From NCBI GenBank assembly GCA_965222155.1, contig CBDCTH010000012.1:1536001-1600000 (forward strand): 64,000 nt of DNA. The letters run 5' to 3'. A program made the translations under genes and the position numbers. Under the pieces are notes generated by a model that worked only from the letters and a program-made list of their open reading frames with translations, was not told where the DNA came from and did no database searches. This stretch comes from Gammaproteobacteria bacterium. Its GTDB lineage: Bacteria > Pseudomonadota > Gammaproteobacteria > Eutrophobiales > Eutrophobiaceae. Below are positions 28,650-39,015 of the stretch, in pieces. Within the stretch, counting starts at the first letter, position 1. The number at the start of each line of letters is the position of its first letter.

Positions 28650-29066
28650 CTACGACCAGTTTCTGACTTGTAACCCTTTAAACGCCCGGAATTCGGCCGG
28701 GTTTGAGGTAGCGAGAGTCATCTTATTGACGTATGCAATCGCTGCGATCTGGGCAACGATGAATGAGGGTGTCTGGCCCATGGCTGCCAGTCTTGCGCGT
28801 TCAACGGCGTGCCAGTCCGCAGCTTTATGATCATATTCAAGGATGGGGAAACTGGCTAATATCACGTCTTCGATATAACGCGCTATCACTTCCCTTTGGC
28901 GTAAATGCGTAAGCCGTGAACAACCAAATCGTAACTCATGCCATACCAGCGCAGGAATTGCCACTTCGCCTTCGTGTTCGTACAGCCTGCGCATAATACC
29001 TTCGGATGGTCTTGATTTCAGCGGCTCCGATACCACACTGGTATCAAGTAAGTACTTTGCCATCAT
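28650..29066 (-). CDS. vapC: VapC PIN-domain toxin (conserved Asp replaced)
   Basis: YLLDTSVVSE, HEL, QIAAIA, TSN..EF. Confidence 0.88.
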   Translation of the reverse strand: MMAKYLLDTSVVSEPLKSRPSEGIMRRLYEHEGEVAIPALVWHELRFGCSRLTHLRQREVIARYIEDVILASFPILEYDHKAADWHAVERARLAAMGQTPSFIVAQIAAIAYVNKMTLATSNPAEFRAFKGLQVRNWS

Positions 29067-29344
29067 AGATTAACCTTACGTCCCTGTATGTCTTTGCGTG
29101 ATACCGGGAACAACCGGTCGGGTTGAATATTAAGATTCGCCAGGTCGACATTGACCGTAAAGTTACGGTATGTTTCCGCAAAGCCGCGCCGGCTGGAGGA
29201 AAGTTGCTCAAAGTGGCGCTGACCAATAAGCATTGCAACCAACTCGCCGCGCCGGGTCAGTCCAACTATTTTACCGTGTTCCGCCTCATGAACCAATCTC
29301 GGAAAAATACTGCGGGCAGCAGAGATAGAATAGCTTTCGCTCAT
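29063..29344 (-). CDS. Phd/YefM family antitoxin
   Basis: YSISAARSIFPRLVHEAEHG..LTRRGELVAML; start ATG 29344; 4-bp overlap with vapC. Confidence 0.88.
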   Translation of the reverse strand: MSESYSISAARSIFPRLVHEAEHGKIVGLTRRGELVAMLIGQRHFEQLSSSRRGFAETYRNFTVNVDLANLNIQPDRLFPVSRKDIQGRKVNL

Positions 29345-29362
29345 GATTTGACTATTATGTAC

Positions 29363-29393
29363 ATGTAGATGTACTATTATAGCACATCTACAT
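29363..29393. promoter_or_regulatory. Inverted repeat, probable TA autoregulatory operator
   Basis: atgtagatgt-N11-acatctacat about 20 bp upstream of the antitoxin start. Confidence 0.55.
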
Positions 29394-29433
29394 AAAATAT
29401 GTAACCATATCTGCAGCTTGTAGATATTTGGGG

Positions 29434-30618
29434 TCAGACGACTTCGAACAGACCTGCGGCGCCCATTCCACCACCGACACACATAGTGCAAACCACGTAT
29501 TTTGCTGCGCGACGCCTGCCTTCTATCAGGGCATGCGCCACCATACGGTTGCCGGACATGCCGTATGGGTGACCGATGGAAATAGCGCCACCATTTACGT
29601 TAAGCAGGTCGTTGGGAATACCGAGCTTGTCGCGACAATAGACTACCTGCACGGCAAAGGCTTCGTTTAATTCCCATAAGCCAACGTCATCCATGGTCAA
29701 ACCGTTTTGTTTCAGCAAGTTGGGGACGGCATACACCGGACCGATACCCATTTCATCAGGCTCCAGACCGGCAACTGCAAGGCCGCGATATACTCCCAGC
29801 GGCTCCAGATTCTTTTTTTCGGCCAGGCGGCTGTCCATCAATACACAGGCTGATGCGCCATCAGACAGTTGACTGGCATTCCCGGCAGTAATACATCCGC
29901 CATCAATTACCGGAGCCAGACCCTGCAGGCCCTCAAGGGTGGTTTCAGGGCGGTTGCCTTCATCATTTTTCAACACCACCTCCTGGTAGCTGACTTCCCC
30001 GGTTTGTTTGTCTATCACGGCTTTAGTTGAATTCAGGGGCGCCAGTTCTTCGTCGAATTTTCCTGCTTGCTGGGCGGCAGCCGTGCGTTGCTGGCTTTGC
30101 AGGGCGTATTCATCCTGGGTTTCCCGGTTGATCCGGTAACGTCGGGCCACTATTTCCGCGGTTTGCAGCATGGGGATATAGGCATGGGCGTTTTGTCGGG
30201 TCACGCTCTCATCGGTGCTCTTGCCGACAAGTTCAAAGGCGTCATTTTGAACCAGACTGATGGAGTCCAGACCTGCCGCCACGACCACAGGTACGTTATC
30301 CAGCATGACTTGTTTTGCTGCGTTTGCAATTGCGATCATGCCTGACGCACATTGCCGGTCCACCGACATCGCGCTTGTTGCCGCGGGGAGTCCGGCCGCC
30401 AGGGCGCTCGTTCTGCCTATATTCCAACCGCTTGTCCCGAGTTGCATGGCGCAACCCATTATAACGTCATCGACCTCGTCCGCCTCTATCCCGGCGCGTC
30501 GAACGGCTGCGTGAATTACGTGACCTCCCAAAGTCGGGGCTTTGGTGTTGTTGAAGGCGCCGCGCCAAGCCTTGCCGATGGGTGTACGCGCAGCCGCGAC
30601 GATTACAGCTTCTTTCAT
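29434..30618 (-). CDS. Acetyl-CoA C-acyltransferase (thiolase)
   Basis: [24 protein letters not shown]. Confidence 0.95.
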   Translation of the reverse strand: MKEAVIVAAARTPIGKAWRGAFNNTKAPTLGGHVIHAAVRRAGIEADEVDDVIMGCAMQLGTSGWNIGRTSALAAGLPAATSAMSVDRQCASGMIAIANAAKQVMLDNVPVVVAAGLDSISLVQNDAFELVGKSTDESVTRQNAHAYIPMLQTAEIVARRYRINRETQDEYALQSQQRTAAAQQAGKFDEELAPLNSTKAVIDKQTGEVSYQEVVLKNDEGNRPETTLEGLQGLAPVIDGGCITAGNASQLSDGASACVLMDSRLAEKKNLEPLGVYRGLAVAGLEPDEMGIGPVYAVPNLLKQNGLTMDDVGLWELNEAFAVQVVYCRDKLGIPNDLLNVNGGAISIGHPYGMSGNRMVAHALIEGRRRAAKYVVCTMCVGGGMGAAGLFEVV

Positions 30619-30678
30619 GGAACTTGCCTCGAGTATATAATGGTGGTTCCCGAGATATAAAGCAGATCCCAGGAGTTA

Positions 30679-31326
30679 TCAGTCGGTGTCCGGAAACAAC
30701 CAGGGTCTTTCTTTTGCTCTTTGCTGTTCATATTCCCTTATCAGGTCGTCGTTCTCCAGCGTGATACCGATATCATCCAGACCCAGCAACAGCCTTTCCT
30801 TGAGTGCCGGTTCAATATCGAACACCAGTATCTCTCCGGATGGAGTTGTGATCGTCTGTTCGCGCAGATCAACCCTTAGACGGTATCCCTCTGTTGTTTC
30901 GACTTCCCGGAATAACCGGTTAATCTGGTGTGCGGCAAGCACGATGGTCAATAAGCCATTCTTGCCCGAGTTGGTAAAAAAGATATCACCGAAACTCGGT
31001 GCAATCACACAGCGAAAACCATACTCATACAAGGCCCAGACAGCATGTTCCCTGGATGAACCGCAGCCGAAGTTTTCCCGGGCCAGGAGTATTTGCGCGC
31101 CCTGGTAACGCGGCAGGTTAAGCACAAAGTCTGCCCGTAACGGGCGTTGGCTGCAATCCTGTTCCGGCTCTCCCACATCAAGATAGCGCCAGGGATCAAA
31201 CAGGTTTGGACCAAAGCCGGTGCGGAGAATGGATTTCAGGAATTGCTTGGGAATCATGGCGTCAGTATCGACATTGGATCTGTCGAGGGGCGCAACCAGG
31301 CCATCGATTGTCGTAAATGCTTGCAT
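30679..31326 (-). CDS. leuD: 3-isopropylmalate dehydratase small subunit
   Basis: [16 protein letters not shown]; start ATG 31326. Confidence 0.97.
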   Translation of the reverse strand: MQAFTTIDGLVAPLDRSNVDTDAMIPKQFLKSILRTGFGPNLFDPWRYLDVGEPEQDCSQRPLRADFVLNLPRYQGAQILLARENFGCGSSREHAVWALYEYGFRCVIAPSFGDIFFTNSGKNGLLTIVLAAHQINRLFREVETTEGYRLRVDLREQTITTPSGEILVFDIEPALKERLLLGLDDIGITLENDDLIREYEQQRAKERPWLFPDTD

Positions 31327-31345
31327 AACCGTTATTGTCACATAG

Positions 31346-32773
31346 TTAAGGCAAGGGTACATCAGCTGCGGATAATAACTCGCGCACGTCAACAAAATGA
31401 CCGGCTATACCCGCCGCCGCCGCCATGGCCGGGCTGACCAGGTGAGTGCGGCCTCCCGCACCCTGGCGCCCTTCAAAATTGCGGTTGGAGGTTGATGCGC
31501 AACGTTCACCCGCACCCAGTTTGTCTTCGTTCATGCCCAGGCACATGGAACAACCCGGCTCGCGCCATTCAAAACCGGCATCAACGAAAATTCTGTTCAG
31601 TCCTTCTGTCTCCGCCTGGCGCTTGACCAATCCGGAACCCGGCACCACCAGGGCCTGTTTAACGCTTTTTGCGAGTCGTTTGCCGGCAACCACACGGGCG
31701 GCTTCTCTCAGGTCCTCGATACGTGAATTTGTGCAGGAACCGATAAATATCTTGTCCGGTCTTATCCCGCGAATCGGCGTACCCGGAAGCAGATCCATAT
31801 AAGCCAGGGCGTTCTGCATACCCTCCCGCTTTACAGGGTCAGGTTCGCCGTCCGGGTCCGGGATCCGGTCATCAATTGACGCTACCATCTCCGGTGATGT
31901 GCCCCAGGTTACACAGGGCTGTACCTGGGCGGCATCGATTTCAACGGTATGATCAAACAGCGCGTCCGGGTCACTGTGCAGGTTGTTCCAGATACTCACG
32001 GCATTGTCCCAGTCGCTTCCTGTCGGTGCAAACGGACGACCTCTAACGTAATCAATAGTCTTATCATCCACGCCAACCAGTCCTGAGCGGGCACCGGCTT
32101 CAATGGCCATATTGCACAGGGTCATGCGCCCTTCCATGGACAAGGCCGTAATACCCTCGCCGGCAAACTCAATAACGTAACCTACCCCACCGGCTGCGCC
32201 TATCGTGCTGATGATGTGCAGGATCAGGTCTTTGGCGGTCACCCCCGGCGCCAGCCTGTTCACTACGTTTATGCGCATGTTTTTCGATTTTTTTGCCACC
32301 AGGGTCTGGGTAGCCAGCACATGCTCCACCTCGGAAGTGCCGATGCCAATTGCCAATGCGGCCAACGCACCATTGGTGGTGGTGTGGGAATCACCGCAAA
32401 CAACAGTCATGCCCGGCAGGCAGGCGCCCTGCTCCGGACCGATGACATGTACTATGCCCTGGCGTTCGTCAAACAGCTCGAAATAGGGTATGCGCCATTC
32501 CCTGACATTTCTGTCCAGCGCATCAAGTTGTTTCTTTGAAACCGGATCATTAATGCTGTCCCTGTCTCTTGTGGGCACGTTGTGATCAGGCACTGCAAGA
32601 CTGGCTGAACGGCGCCAGGGCTTACGTCCCGCCATCCTGAGCCCTTCAAATGCCTGTGGCGACGTCACCTCATGAACCAACTGCCGGTCAATGTAAAGCA
32701 GGCAGGTGCCATTATGGTAGTCCTTTACCACGTGTTCTTCCCACAGTTTGTCGTACAGTGTTTTAGCCGTCAT
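31346..32773 (-). CDS. leuC: 3-isopropylmalate dehydratase large subunit
   Basis: [36 protein letters not shown]. Confidence 0.98.
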   Translation of the reverse strand: MTAKTLYDKLWEEHVVKDYHNGTCLLYIDRQLVHEVTSPQAFEGLRMAGRKPWRRSASLAVPDHNVPTRDRDSINDPVSKKQLDALDRNVREWRIPYFELFDERQGIVHVIGPEQGACLPGMTVVCGDSHTTTNGALAALAIGIGTSEVEHVLATQTLVAKKSKNMRINVVNRLAPGVTAKDLILHIISTIGAAGGVGYVIEFAGEGITALSMEGRMTLCNMAIEAGARSGLVGVDDKTIDYVRGRPFAPTGSDWDNAVSIWNNLHSDPDALFDHTVEIDAAQVQPCVTWGTSPEMVASIDDRIPDPDGEPDPVKREGMQNALAYMDLLPGTPIRGIRPDKIFIGSCTNSRIEDLREAARVVAGKRLAKSVKQALVVPGSGLVKRQAETEGLNRIFVDAGFEWREPGCSMCLGMNEDKLGAGERCASTSNRNFEGRQGAGGRTHLVSPAMAAAAGIAGHFVDVRELLSAADVPLP

Positions 32774-32863
32774 GGTGGTTATTCAAAGCGTAAATTCCGG
32801 AATCATGGTTACAGTTTATGGCATTTTTGATTACAATGTGCAACATACTAAAATAGTACATGC

Positions 32864-34339
32864 GTGTCACTCATGATTCGATATTCCCATTTTACTGGTA
32901 TTCTCATTACCCTCGCCCTCGCAGGCAGCCTTGTCGGCGGCGCTGAGGACGACGACTATGAGATCATCGACATTGAACTGATGCAGGAAGATGATGAGGA
33001 ATCAATTGCTGAGGAACCGGGTGAAAAGGAAAATATGGAAACCGCCGGATCTGACGAAAATATCGGTGCAGTGACGGAATCCGGACAAACCGATGCAGCC
33101 GCCGAGACCATAAATGCCGCTTATACTGCCCTGCAAGACCAGGAGTACGACATTGCCTATGACCTTTTTTATTCCCTTGCCTCACAGGATAATGCGCTTG
33201 GCCAATTTGAACTGGGCGCGCTGTACCATCGTGGCGTTGGCGTTGACACGGATGTAATACGAGCATCGCGCTGGTATGCCCGCGCTGCTGAGCAAGGCTA
33301 TGCTGAGGCTCAATATCGCCTTGGCAATATGTACCTGATGGGAGAAGGGGTAAGGCAGAGTGATACTGAAGCAGCGCACTGGTACGAAAAAGCGGTACAA
33401 CAAGGTCACGAGGATGCAAGAAACAACCTCTCCAGTCTCCAGCGTATCAGCGCGGCAAAAACCAGCGAGGTATTGGAGCGGGAAGCGGCCTCTCTTCCTC
33501 CGCTCAAGGTCGTAGACAGAACTGCCGCCAGGGAAAAGACAAAAAAGCGCGGTTTTTTCAAACGCATATTCGGCAAGGATGATAAAACCGGGCCACAGCC
33601 CGACAGCCCCGCACAGGAGCCGATAACACAGGAAGATAATTCCGCTGTGCAGGTCCGGGCTGACCGCAGCAGGACCGATATCGCTTCGGTCGAAACCGAT
33701 GATGCGTCCGATTCATCCACCACCAAAACCAAAAAAAAGGGATTTTTTTCCCGTCTGCTGGGTAAGAATAAAAAGGGAGACGAGACAACCACCGGGGATA
33801 TGAAGACAGCCGCAGCAGGCGACGCTAAACCAGACCCGGCAACACGGAACGATGCGGCTGCGGCGCAGCGCCCTGCCCCTCTGGCCGGCTCGGGCGCCGT
33901 GTCCAATTATGAACTGGGCATGGCCTACACCCTGAGTGATATCCTTGAACAGGATAGTATAAAAGCCTTTGAGCATTTTACCAGGTCAGCGCAACAGGGG
34001 TATGCGCCGGCCCAGTATCGTCTGGGCGTGGCTTATGCCAACGGTGACGGGACCGAAAAAGATCTGGCTAACGCCGTTGAATGGTACGATAAATCAGCCC
34101 GGCAGGGTTATATCATTGCCCAGCGCAGCCTGGCAATCATATATCTGAACGGTCAGGAAAATATTGTACAAGACAAACCCCTGGCCCTGGCCTGGTACAA
34201 CCTGCTGGCGGAGGACGGCAACCGTATGGATATCCATAGACGGGATACCTTACTGCAGGAGTTGTCGGACGCAGAAATCCGCACGTCAAAAGAAATAAAG
34301 TCTGAGATACTGAACCACTTGACCGCGGAAACGGAATAG
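32864..34339 (+). CDS. Exported Sel1-repeat protein
   Basis: Signal peptide, acidic region, and two Sel1 blocks (AQYRLG..Y..G.GV) separated by a low-complexity linker. Confidence 0.88.
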   Translation: MSLMIRYSHFTGILITLALAGSLVGGAEDDDYEIIDIELMQEDDEESIAEEPGEKENMETAGSDENIGAVTESGQTDAAAETINAAYTALQDQEYDIAYDLFYSLASQDNALGQFELGALYHRGVGVDTDVIRASRWYARAAEQGYAEAQYRLGNMYLMGEGVRQSDTEAAHWYEKAVQQGHEDARNNLSSLQRISAAKTSEVLEREAASLPPLKVVDRTAAREKTKKRGFFKRIFGKDDKTGPQPDSPAQEPITQEDNSAVQVRADRSRTDIASVETDDASDSSTTKTKKKGFFSRLLGKNKKGDETTTGDMKTAAAGDAKPDPATRNDAAAAQRPAPLAGSGAVSNYELGMAYTLSDILEQDSIKAFEHFTRSAQQGYAPAQYRLGVAYANGDGTEKDLANAVEWYDKSARQGYIIAQRSLAIIYLNGQENIVQDKPLALAWYNLLAEDGNRMDIHRRDTLLQELSDAEIRTSKEIKSEILNHLTAETE

Positions 34340-34364
34340 GAACCTCTGACTTAATCAGGGTTTC
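34339..34364. repeat. End fragment of the GGAACCTCTGA MITE family
   Basis: ggaacctctgacttaatcagggtttc at the TAG stop; matches 38438-38464. Confidence 0.65.
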
Positions 34365-34379
34365 GATTAACGTCCTTTA

Positions 34380-35759
34380 TTATTCGATCGATTTAAGCGC
34401 CTCGATGGCTTCGCTGAGTTTCCTGGCCGGGAGTATCTCGATTTGGCCGGTCTTTTTTTTCGGGGCATTGGCGGCGGGAATGACGGCCCTGGTAAACCCG
34501 TGTTTGCTTGCTTCTTTCAATCTTTCCTGGCCTTCCTGTACGGGCCTTATTTCGCCTGTCAGGCCGACTTCACCGAAGATAATCAGGTCATCAGCCAGAG
34601 GACGGTCGCGCAGACTCGACAGAACCGCCATGAGGATAGCCAGGTCCGCGGCGGTCTCAGTGAGCTTGACGCCGCCGACGACGTTGACGAAGACGTCCTG
34701 GTCGTAAGTAACAATACCCGCGTGCCGGTGTAACACTGCCAACAACATGGATAAACGGTTCTGCTCCAGGCCCACGGTTACCCGGCGCGGTTGATTGCCG
34801 TGGGATTGATCTACAAGGGCCTGGACTTCCACCAGCAAGGGTCGACTTCCTTCGCGGGTAACTAGTACGGCAGTACCCGGCGCCGGATCACTATGGGCGC
34901 TAAGGAAGATGGCTGACGGGTTGTTGACCTCGCGCAGACCTTTATCAGTCATGGCGAATACACCAAGTTCGTTGACCGCGCCGTAACGGTTCTTGACGGA
35001 ACGAATCATCCGATAACGGCTGTTACTGTCTCCCTCGAAATACAATACCGTATCGACTACATGCTCCAGCACCCGCGGCCCTGCCAGGGCGCCCTCTTTC
35101 GTCACGTGCCCTACCAGGAAAACCGTCGTTTGGGTCTGTTTGGCAAATCGCACCAGTCTGGCGGCGCACTCGCGCACCTGGGCAACCGAACCGGGGGCGG
35201 ATTGCAGCGCCTCGGAAAATACGGTCTGGATTGAATCAACCACGAGCACCTGCGGCAGGTGCCGACCTGCAACCGCAAAGATATTTTCCAACTGGTTTTC
35301 AGCCAATACATGCAGGCCTGCTGCCGGCAATCCCAACCTGGCTGCGCGCAGGCTGATCTGTTCGATGGATTCTTCCCCGCTGACGTACAGGGTATTGATC
35401 TCTATATTCTCGGACAGCGAAGACAGCACCTGGAGCAGTAGCGTGGATTTGCCTATACCGGGATCGCCGCCCAGCAGAACTACGGAACCGCTGACCAGTC
35501 CCCCGCCAAGGGAACGATCAAATTCTGCCGACCCGGTAGTCATACGCGGCTGTTTCACCAGGTCTACTTCATCCAGCCTGCGAACTATTGCCTGGCTGGA
35601 GAGATGGGATTGAAAGCGCTCGGCGGCCGGAGTTTTTTCTTCAACCGTAACCTCGCTCAGGGTATTCCAGGCACTGCAATCGGCGCATTGTCCGGTCCAC
35701 TTGGGCGTAACGGCGCCGCATTCGTTACACTGGTATCGGGTTTTAACCTTGCCGCTCAT
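34380..35759 (-). CDS. radA: DNA repair protein RadA/Sms
   Basis: CNECG..CADC Zn finger, GDPGIGKST, KNRYG; start ATG 35759. Confidence 0.97.
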   Translation of the reverse strand: MSGKVKTRYQCNECGAVTPKWTGQCADCSAWNTLSEVTVEEKTPAAERFQSHLSSQAIVRRLDEVDLVKQPRMTTGSAEFDRSLGGGLVSGSVVLLGGDPGIGKSTLLLQVLSSLSENIEINTLYVSGEESIEQISLRAARLGLPAAGLHVLAENQLENIFAVAGRHLPQVLVVDSIQTVFSEALQSAPGSVAQVRECAARLVRFAKQTQTTVFLVGHVTKEGALAGPRVLEHVVDTVLYFEGDSNSRYRMIRSVKNRYGAVNELGVFAMTDKGLREVNNPSAIFLSAHSDPAPGTAVLVTREGSRPLLVEVQALVDQSHGNQPRRVTVGLEQNRLSMLLAVLHRHAGIVTYDQDVFVNVVGGVKLTETAADLAILMAVLSSLRDRPLADDLIIFGEVGLTGEIRPVQEGQERLKEASKHGFTRAVIPAANAPKKKTGQIEILPARKLSEAIEALKSIE

Positions 35760-36831
35760 GCTCGATAAATTCCAGGCGTTTGTGCACCCCACAGAGTAAT
35801 TCATAGGGGACCGTATCCGCACAGGCCGCGGTTTCTTCAATGGGAAGTCCCTTGCCCCACAACACTACAGGGTCCCCGGTACGGGCTTCAGCGCAGCCAC
35901 GCAAGTCAATAGTAATCATATCCATGGACGGTTTACCTATTAACGCGCACGGCTTTCCGTTGACCAGTATCGGTGTGCCGGTTCTCGCGTGGCGCGGGTA
36001 ACCATCCCCGTAGCCTGCGGCAACCACCCCTACCGGCATGTCTTGCGGGCAGCGCCAGCTTGCCCCGTAGCCGACAGGGTCGCCGCGTTTCAGATATTTT
36101 ACGGAAATAAGCGCAGATTCAAGTGTCATCACGGGTTTAAGGTCAAATGCAGTCCCGATTTGTCCGTCTATCGGTGATACCCCGTATAGCATCAGACCGG
36201 GCCTGACCCAGTCCAGACAGTATTTCTGTCCCGCGATAACCGCGGCTGAATTAGCCAGGGACTTTTCCGCCTGGTAGGGTCTTGTCAGCTTTAAAAAAAC
36301 CTCAGCCTGCTGCGTAGTCATGGCGTTGTCCCGCTCATTCGCACAGGCCAGCTGGGTAATAAAGCGGATATCACCGGCCACGCCCTCGATTTGGCGCAAC
36401 TTTTTCCAGACCTTGTCAACCTCTGACGGAGCAAAGCCCAGGCGGTGCATGCCGCTGTCTACCTTTAACCAGACGTTGACGGGAGAATTGATGGTCGCAG
36501 AATCCAGCAAGTCGACCTGAAACCGGTGGTGAATGACCATATCCAGGCGGAGATGCTGGATATCATCCATTTCTTCAATGTTGTAAGGTCCTTCAAGCAA
36601 AAGAATTTGTTTATCGATCCCTGCTTGCCGCAACTGCCGGGCCTCTTCCAGGCAGGCAACACCAAAGCTGTCGGCATTCGCCAGCGTACGGGCTACCCGA
36701 CTGATGCCGTGGCCATAGGCATCCGCCTTGACGATAGCCATGATTTTGCTGTTCGGGGCGTAATGTCCGACCCTTGACAAATTATGGCGTAGTGCATCAA
36801 GGTCAATGATTACTTTGGCAGGTCGGGTCAT
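35743..36831 (-). CDS. alr: Alanine racemase
   Basis: VKADAYGHG, GMHRLG, GYGDGYPR. Confidence 0.96.
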   Translation of the reverse strand: MTRPAKVIIDLDALRHNLSRVGHYAPNSKIMAIVKADAYGHGISRVARTLANADSFGVACLEEARQLRQAGIDKQILLLEGPYNIEEMDDIQHLRLDMVIHHRFQVDLLDSATINSPVNVWLKVDSGMHRLGFAPSEVDKVWKKLRQIEGVAGDIRFITQLACANERDNAMTTQQAEVFLKLTRPYQAEKSLANSAAVIAGQKYCLDWVRPGLMLYGVSPIDGQIGTAFDLKPVMTLESALISVKYLKRGDPVGYGASWRCPQDMPVGVVAAGYGDGYPRHARTGTPILVNGKPCALIGKPSMDMITIDLRGCAEARTGDPVVLWGKGLPIEETAACADTVPYELLCGVHKRLEFIEHERQG

Positions 36832-38222
36832 TCATCTCTGCCCGGCATATATGAGCGCTCGTCAGTGTAATTTTCAAACCGGGTATATTGTCCGAGGAAT
36901 GTCAGTTTCACGGTGCCGATGGGACCGTTACGCTGTTTGCTTAGAATAATCTCTGCAATATTCTTGTCCGCAGTATCGTCGTTGTATACTTCATCCCGGT
37001 AGATAAACACAATGACGTCAGCGTCCTGTTCAATGGCGCCGGATTCACGCAAATCGGACATGACCGGCCGTTTGTTGGGACGCTGTTCGAGGCTGCGGTT
37101 CAACTGGGATAAAGCGACGACGGGGACTTTGAGTTCCTTGGCCATGGCTTTCAGGGAACGGGATATCTCCGATATTTCTGTCGCCCGGTTCTCCGATGTC
37201 CCCGGAATCTGCATCAACTGCAGATAGTCGATAATGACCAGGTCCAGTTTATGTTCCCTGGCAATTCGCCGGCATCTTGACCGCAGTTCTACCGGCGTCA
37301 ACGCCGGCGTATCATCTATAAACAGATTTTTGTCCTTTAATAGCGTCACTGCGGATGTGAGGCGCGGCCAGTCCTGATCGTCCAGCTTCCCGGTACGCAC
37401 CTTATGCTGATCCACCCGGCCCAATGACGACATCATCCGCATTGCCAGTTGTTCTCCCGGCATTTCCATGCTGAAGACAACAACCGACAATTCCTGCTTT
37501 ATGGCGGCATGTTCGGCAATGTTGATGGCAAATGCCGTTTTGCCCATGGAGGGTCTCCCGGCGATGATGACCAGATCGGAATTCTGTAATCCTGCAGTAC
37601 GTTCATCGAAATCGTCAAATCCGGTTGCGATTCCGGTGATAGGGGTTTTTTTGCGATATAGTTCGTCAACCCTGTCCAGGGCGCTGACCAGCAGGTCTTT
37701 GATGTTTTGATAAGCGCGCCTCCCCCGGTTTTCCTGCTCGGCTATTTCAAATACGGCCTGTTCGGCAAAATCGAGAATCTGTTCACTGCTGAACCCCCTG
37801 GGGTTAAAAACGGTTTCATTGATTTTTACGGTGGCGGATATCAGTTGCCTGAGTACCGAACGTTTACGCACGATGTCTGCATAAACGCCGACGTTGCTGG
37901 CGCTGGGCGTATTCTCGGCCAGTGCGGCCAGATAGGACAAACCGCCGACTTCATCGAGTTGCTGGTGGGATTCCAGCCACTCGGCAACCGTTACCAGATC
38001 AAACGGTTTTCCATCATTATCCAGGTCAATGATGGCTTTATAAATTATCCTGTGATCCTGACGGTAAAAGTCCTCCGCCTGCACCCGTTCCACGACCTTA
38101 ATTAGCGCGTCCTTATCCAGGAAAAGTCCGCCAAGTACCGATTGTTCGGCTTCAATGGAATGCGGTGGAATTTTTAACGCCCTCGTTTCCGGATCTGCCG
38201 TGGTATATGCGGGTTCTATCAT
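36828..38222 (-). CDS. dnaB: Replicative DNA helicase
   Basis: PPHSIEAEQSVLG, GRPSMGKT, DYLQL, DLRESGAIEQDAD. Confidence 0.98.
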   Translation of the reverse strand: MIEPAYTTADPETRALKIPPHSIEAEQSVLGGLFLDKDALIKVVERVQAEDFYRQDHRIIYKAIIDLDNDGKPFDLVTVAEWLESHQQLDEVGGLSYLAALAENTPSASNVGVYADIVRKRSVLRQLISATVKINETVFNPRGFSSEQILDFAEQAVFEIAEQENRGRRAYQNIKDLLVSALDRVDELYRKKTPITGIATGFDDFDERTAGLQNSDLVIIAGRPSMGKTAFAINIAEHAAIKQELSVVVFSMEMPGEQLAMRMMSSLGRVDQHKVRTGKLDDQDWPRLTSAVTLLKDKNLFIDDTPALTPVELRSRCRRIAREHKLDLVIIDYLQLMQIPGTSENRATEISEISRSLKAMAKELKVPVVALSQLNRSLEQRPNKRPVMSDLRESGAIEQDADVIVFIYRDEVYNDDTADKNIAEIILSKQRNGPIGTVKLTFLGQYTRFENYTDERSYMPGRDE

Positions 38223-38289
38223 CGCAGTAAGGAATTATTCCTGTCGCAGCTGGCGCCGGTCGTTTCCGGCACCGGTTCAATATTATTAA

Positions 38290-38464
38290 GGAAACTCTGA
38301 ACAAGTCCATTCCCGTATCAAGTACGGGACAGGCTCTGGACTTGTCAGAGCACGGAAAACAAAAATGCTATTTTTGTTTTCCTCACAAACTCAATGACTT
38401 ATTGTCATTGAGTTTGGCGATACATCCCTGTATCGCAGGAACCTCTGACTTAACCAGAGGTTCC
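38290..38464. mobile_element. 175-bp MITE-like element flanked by TTAA (IS5-like ends)
   Basis: ttaa-ggaaactctg...cagaggttcc-ttaa with several internal hairpins (cccgta/tacggg; aaactcaatgac/gtcattgagttt; gcgataca/tgtatcgc). Confidence 0.75.
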
Positions 38465-38514
38465 TTAACTGAACCTGGTCCAGATTCAGCGTATTTCGAG
38501 AATATCAGTCGGGT

Positions 38515-38979
38515 TCAGCTTCCGTCCGAGCCTTGTTCTGCAGCAATGATCAGCGTAATGCGGGTATTGACGTCCGCGTGCAAATGCAGTTCTACCTCAT
38601 ATTCCCCCAAAGTCCTGAATGGTCCGTCCGGCAACCTGATTTCATGTTTCGTGACTTCCGAACCGGCTTCAGTAACCGCAGTTACGATATCGTTTACGCC
38701 TACCGAACCAAATAACCTGTCTTCAGAAACAGTCTTTCTATGCAGGGTAATGCTAAGGGCATTGAGCTTCTCTGCCCTGGTTTGTGCCGCGGCCAGAACC
38801 TCTTCCTGTGCTTTTTCCAGTTCGGCCCTTTCCGTTTCAAATTTTTCTACATTTCCGAGCGTAGCCGGTAGCGCCTTGCCGTTGGGGATTAGGAAATTCC
38901 TTCCATATCCCGGTTTGACGTGGACTTGTTGTCCCAATTCACCCAGTTTCGCGATCTTTTCCAGTAATATTACCTGCAT
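38515..38979 (-). CDS. rplI: 50S ribosomal protein L9
   Basis: VKPGYGRNFLIP, LFGSV. Confidence 0.98.
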   Translation of the reverse strand: MQVILLEKIAKLGELGQQVHVKPGYGRNFLIPNGKALPATLGNVEKFETERAELEKAQEEVLAAAQTRAEKLNALSITLHRKTVSEDRLFGSVGVNDIVTAVTEAGSEVTKHEIRLPDGPFRTLGEYEVELHLHADVNTRITLIIAAEQGSDGS

Positions 38980-39015
38980 TGGTCTACTCCAAAGTTACAA
39001 TTAATCATAGCATAC

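Noticed and set aside
36828-38222. Intein in DnaB
   Set aside because: 464 aa is the normal length and no splice-junction motifs are present.
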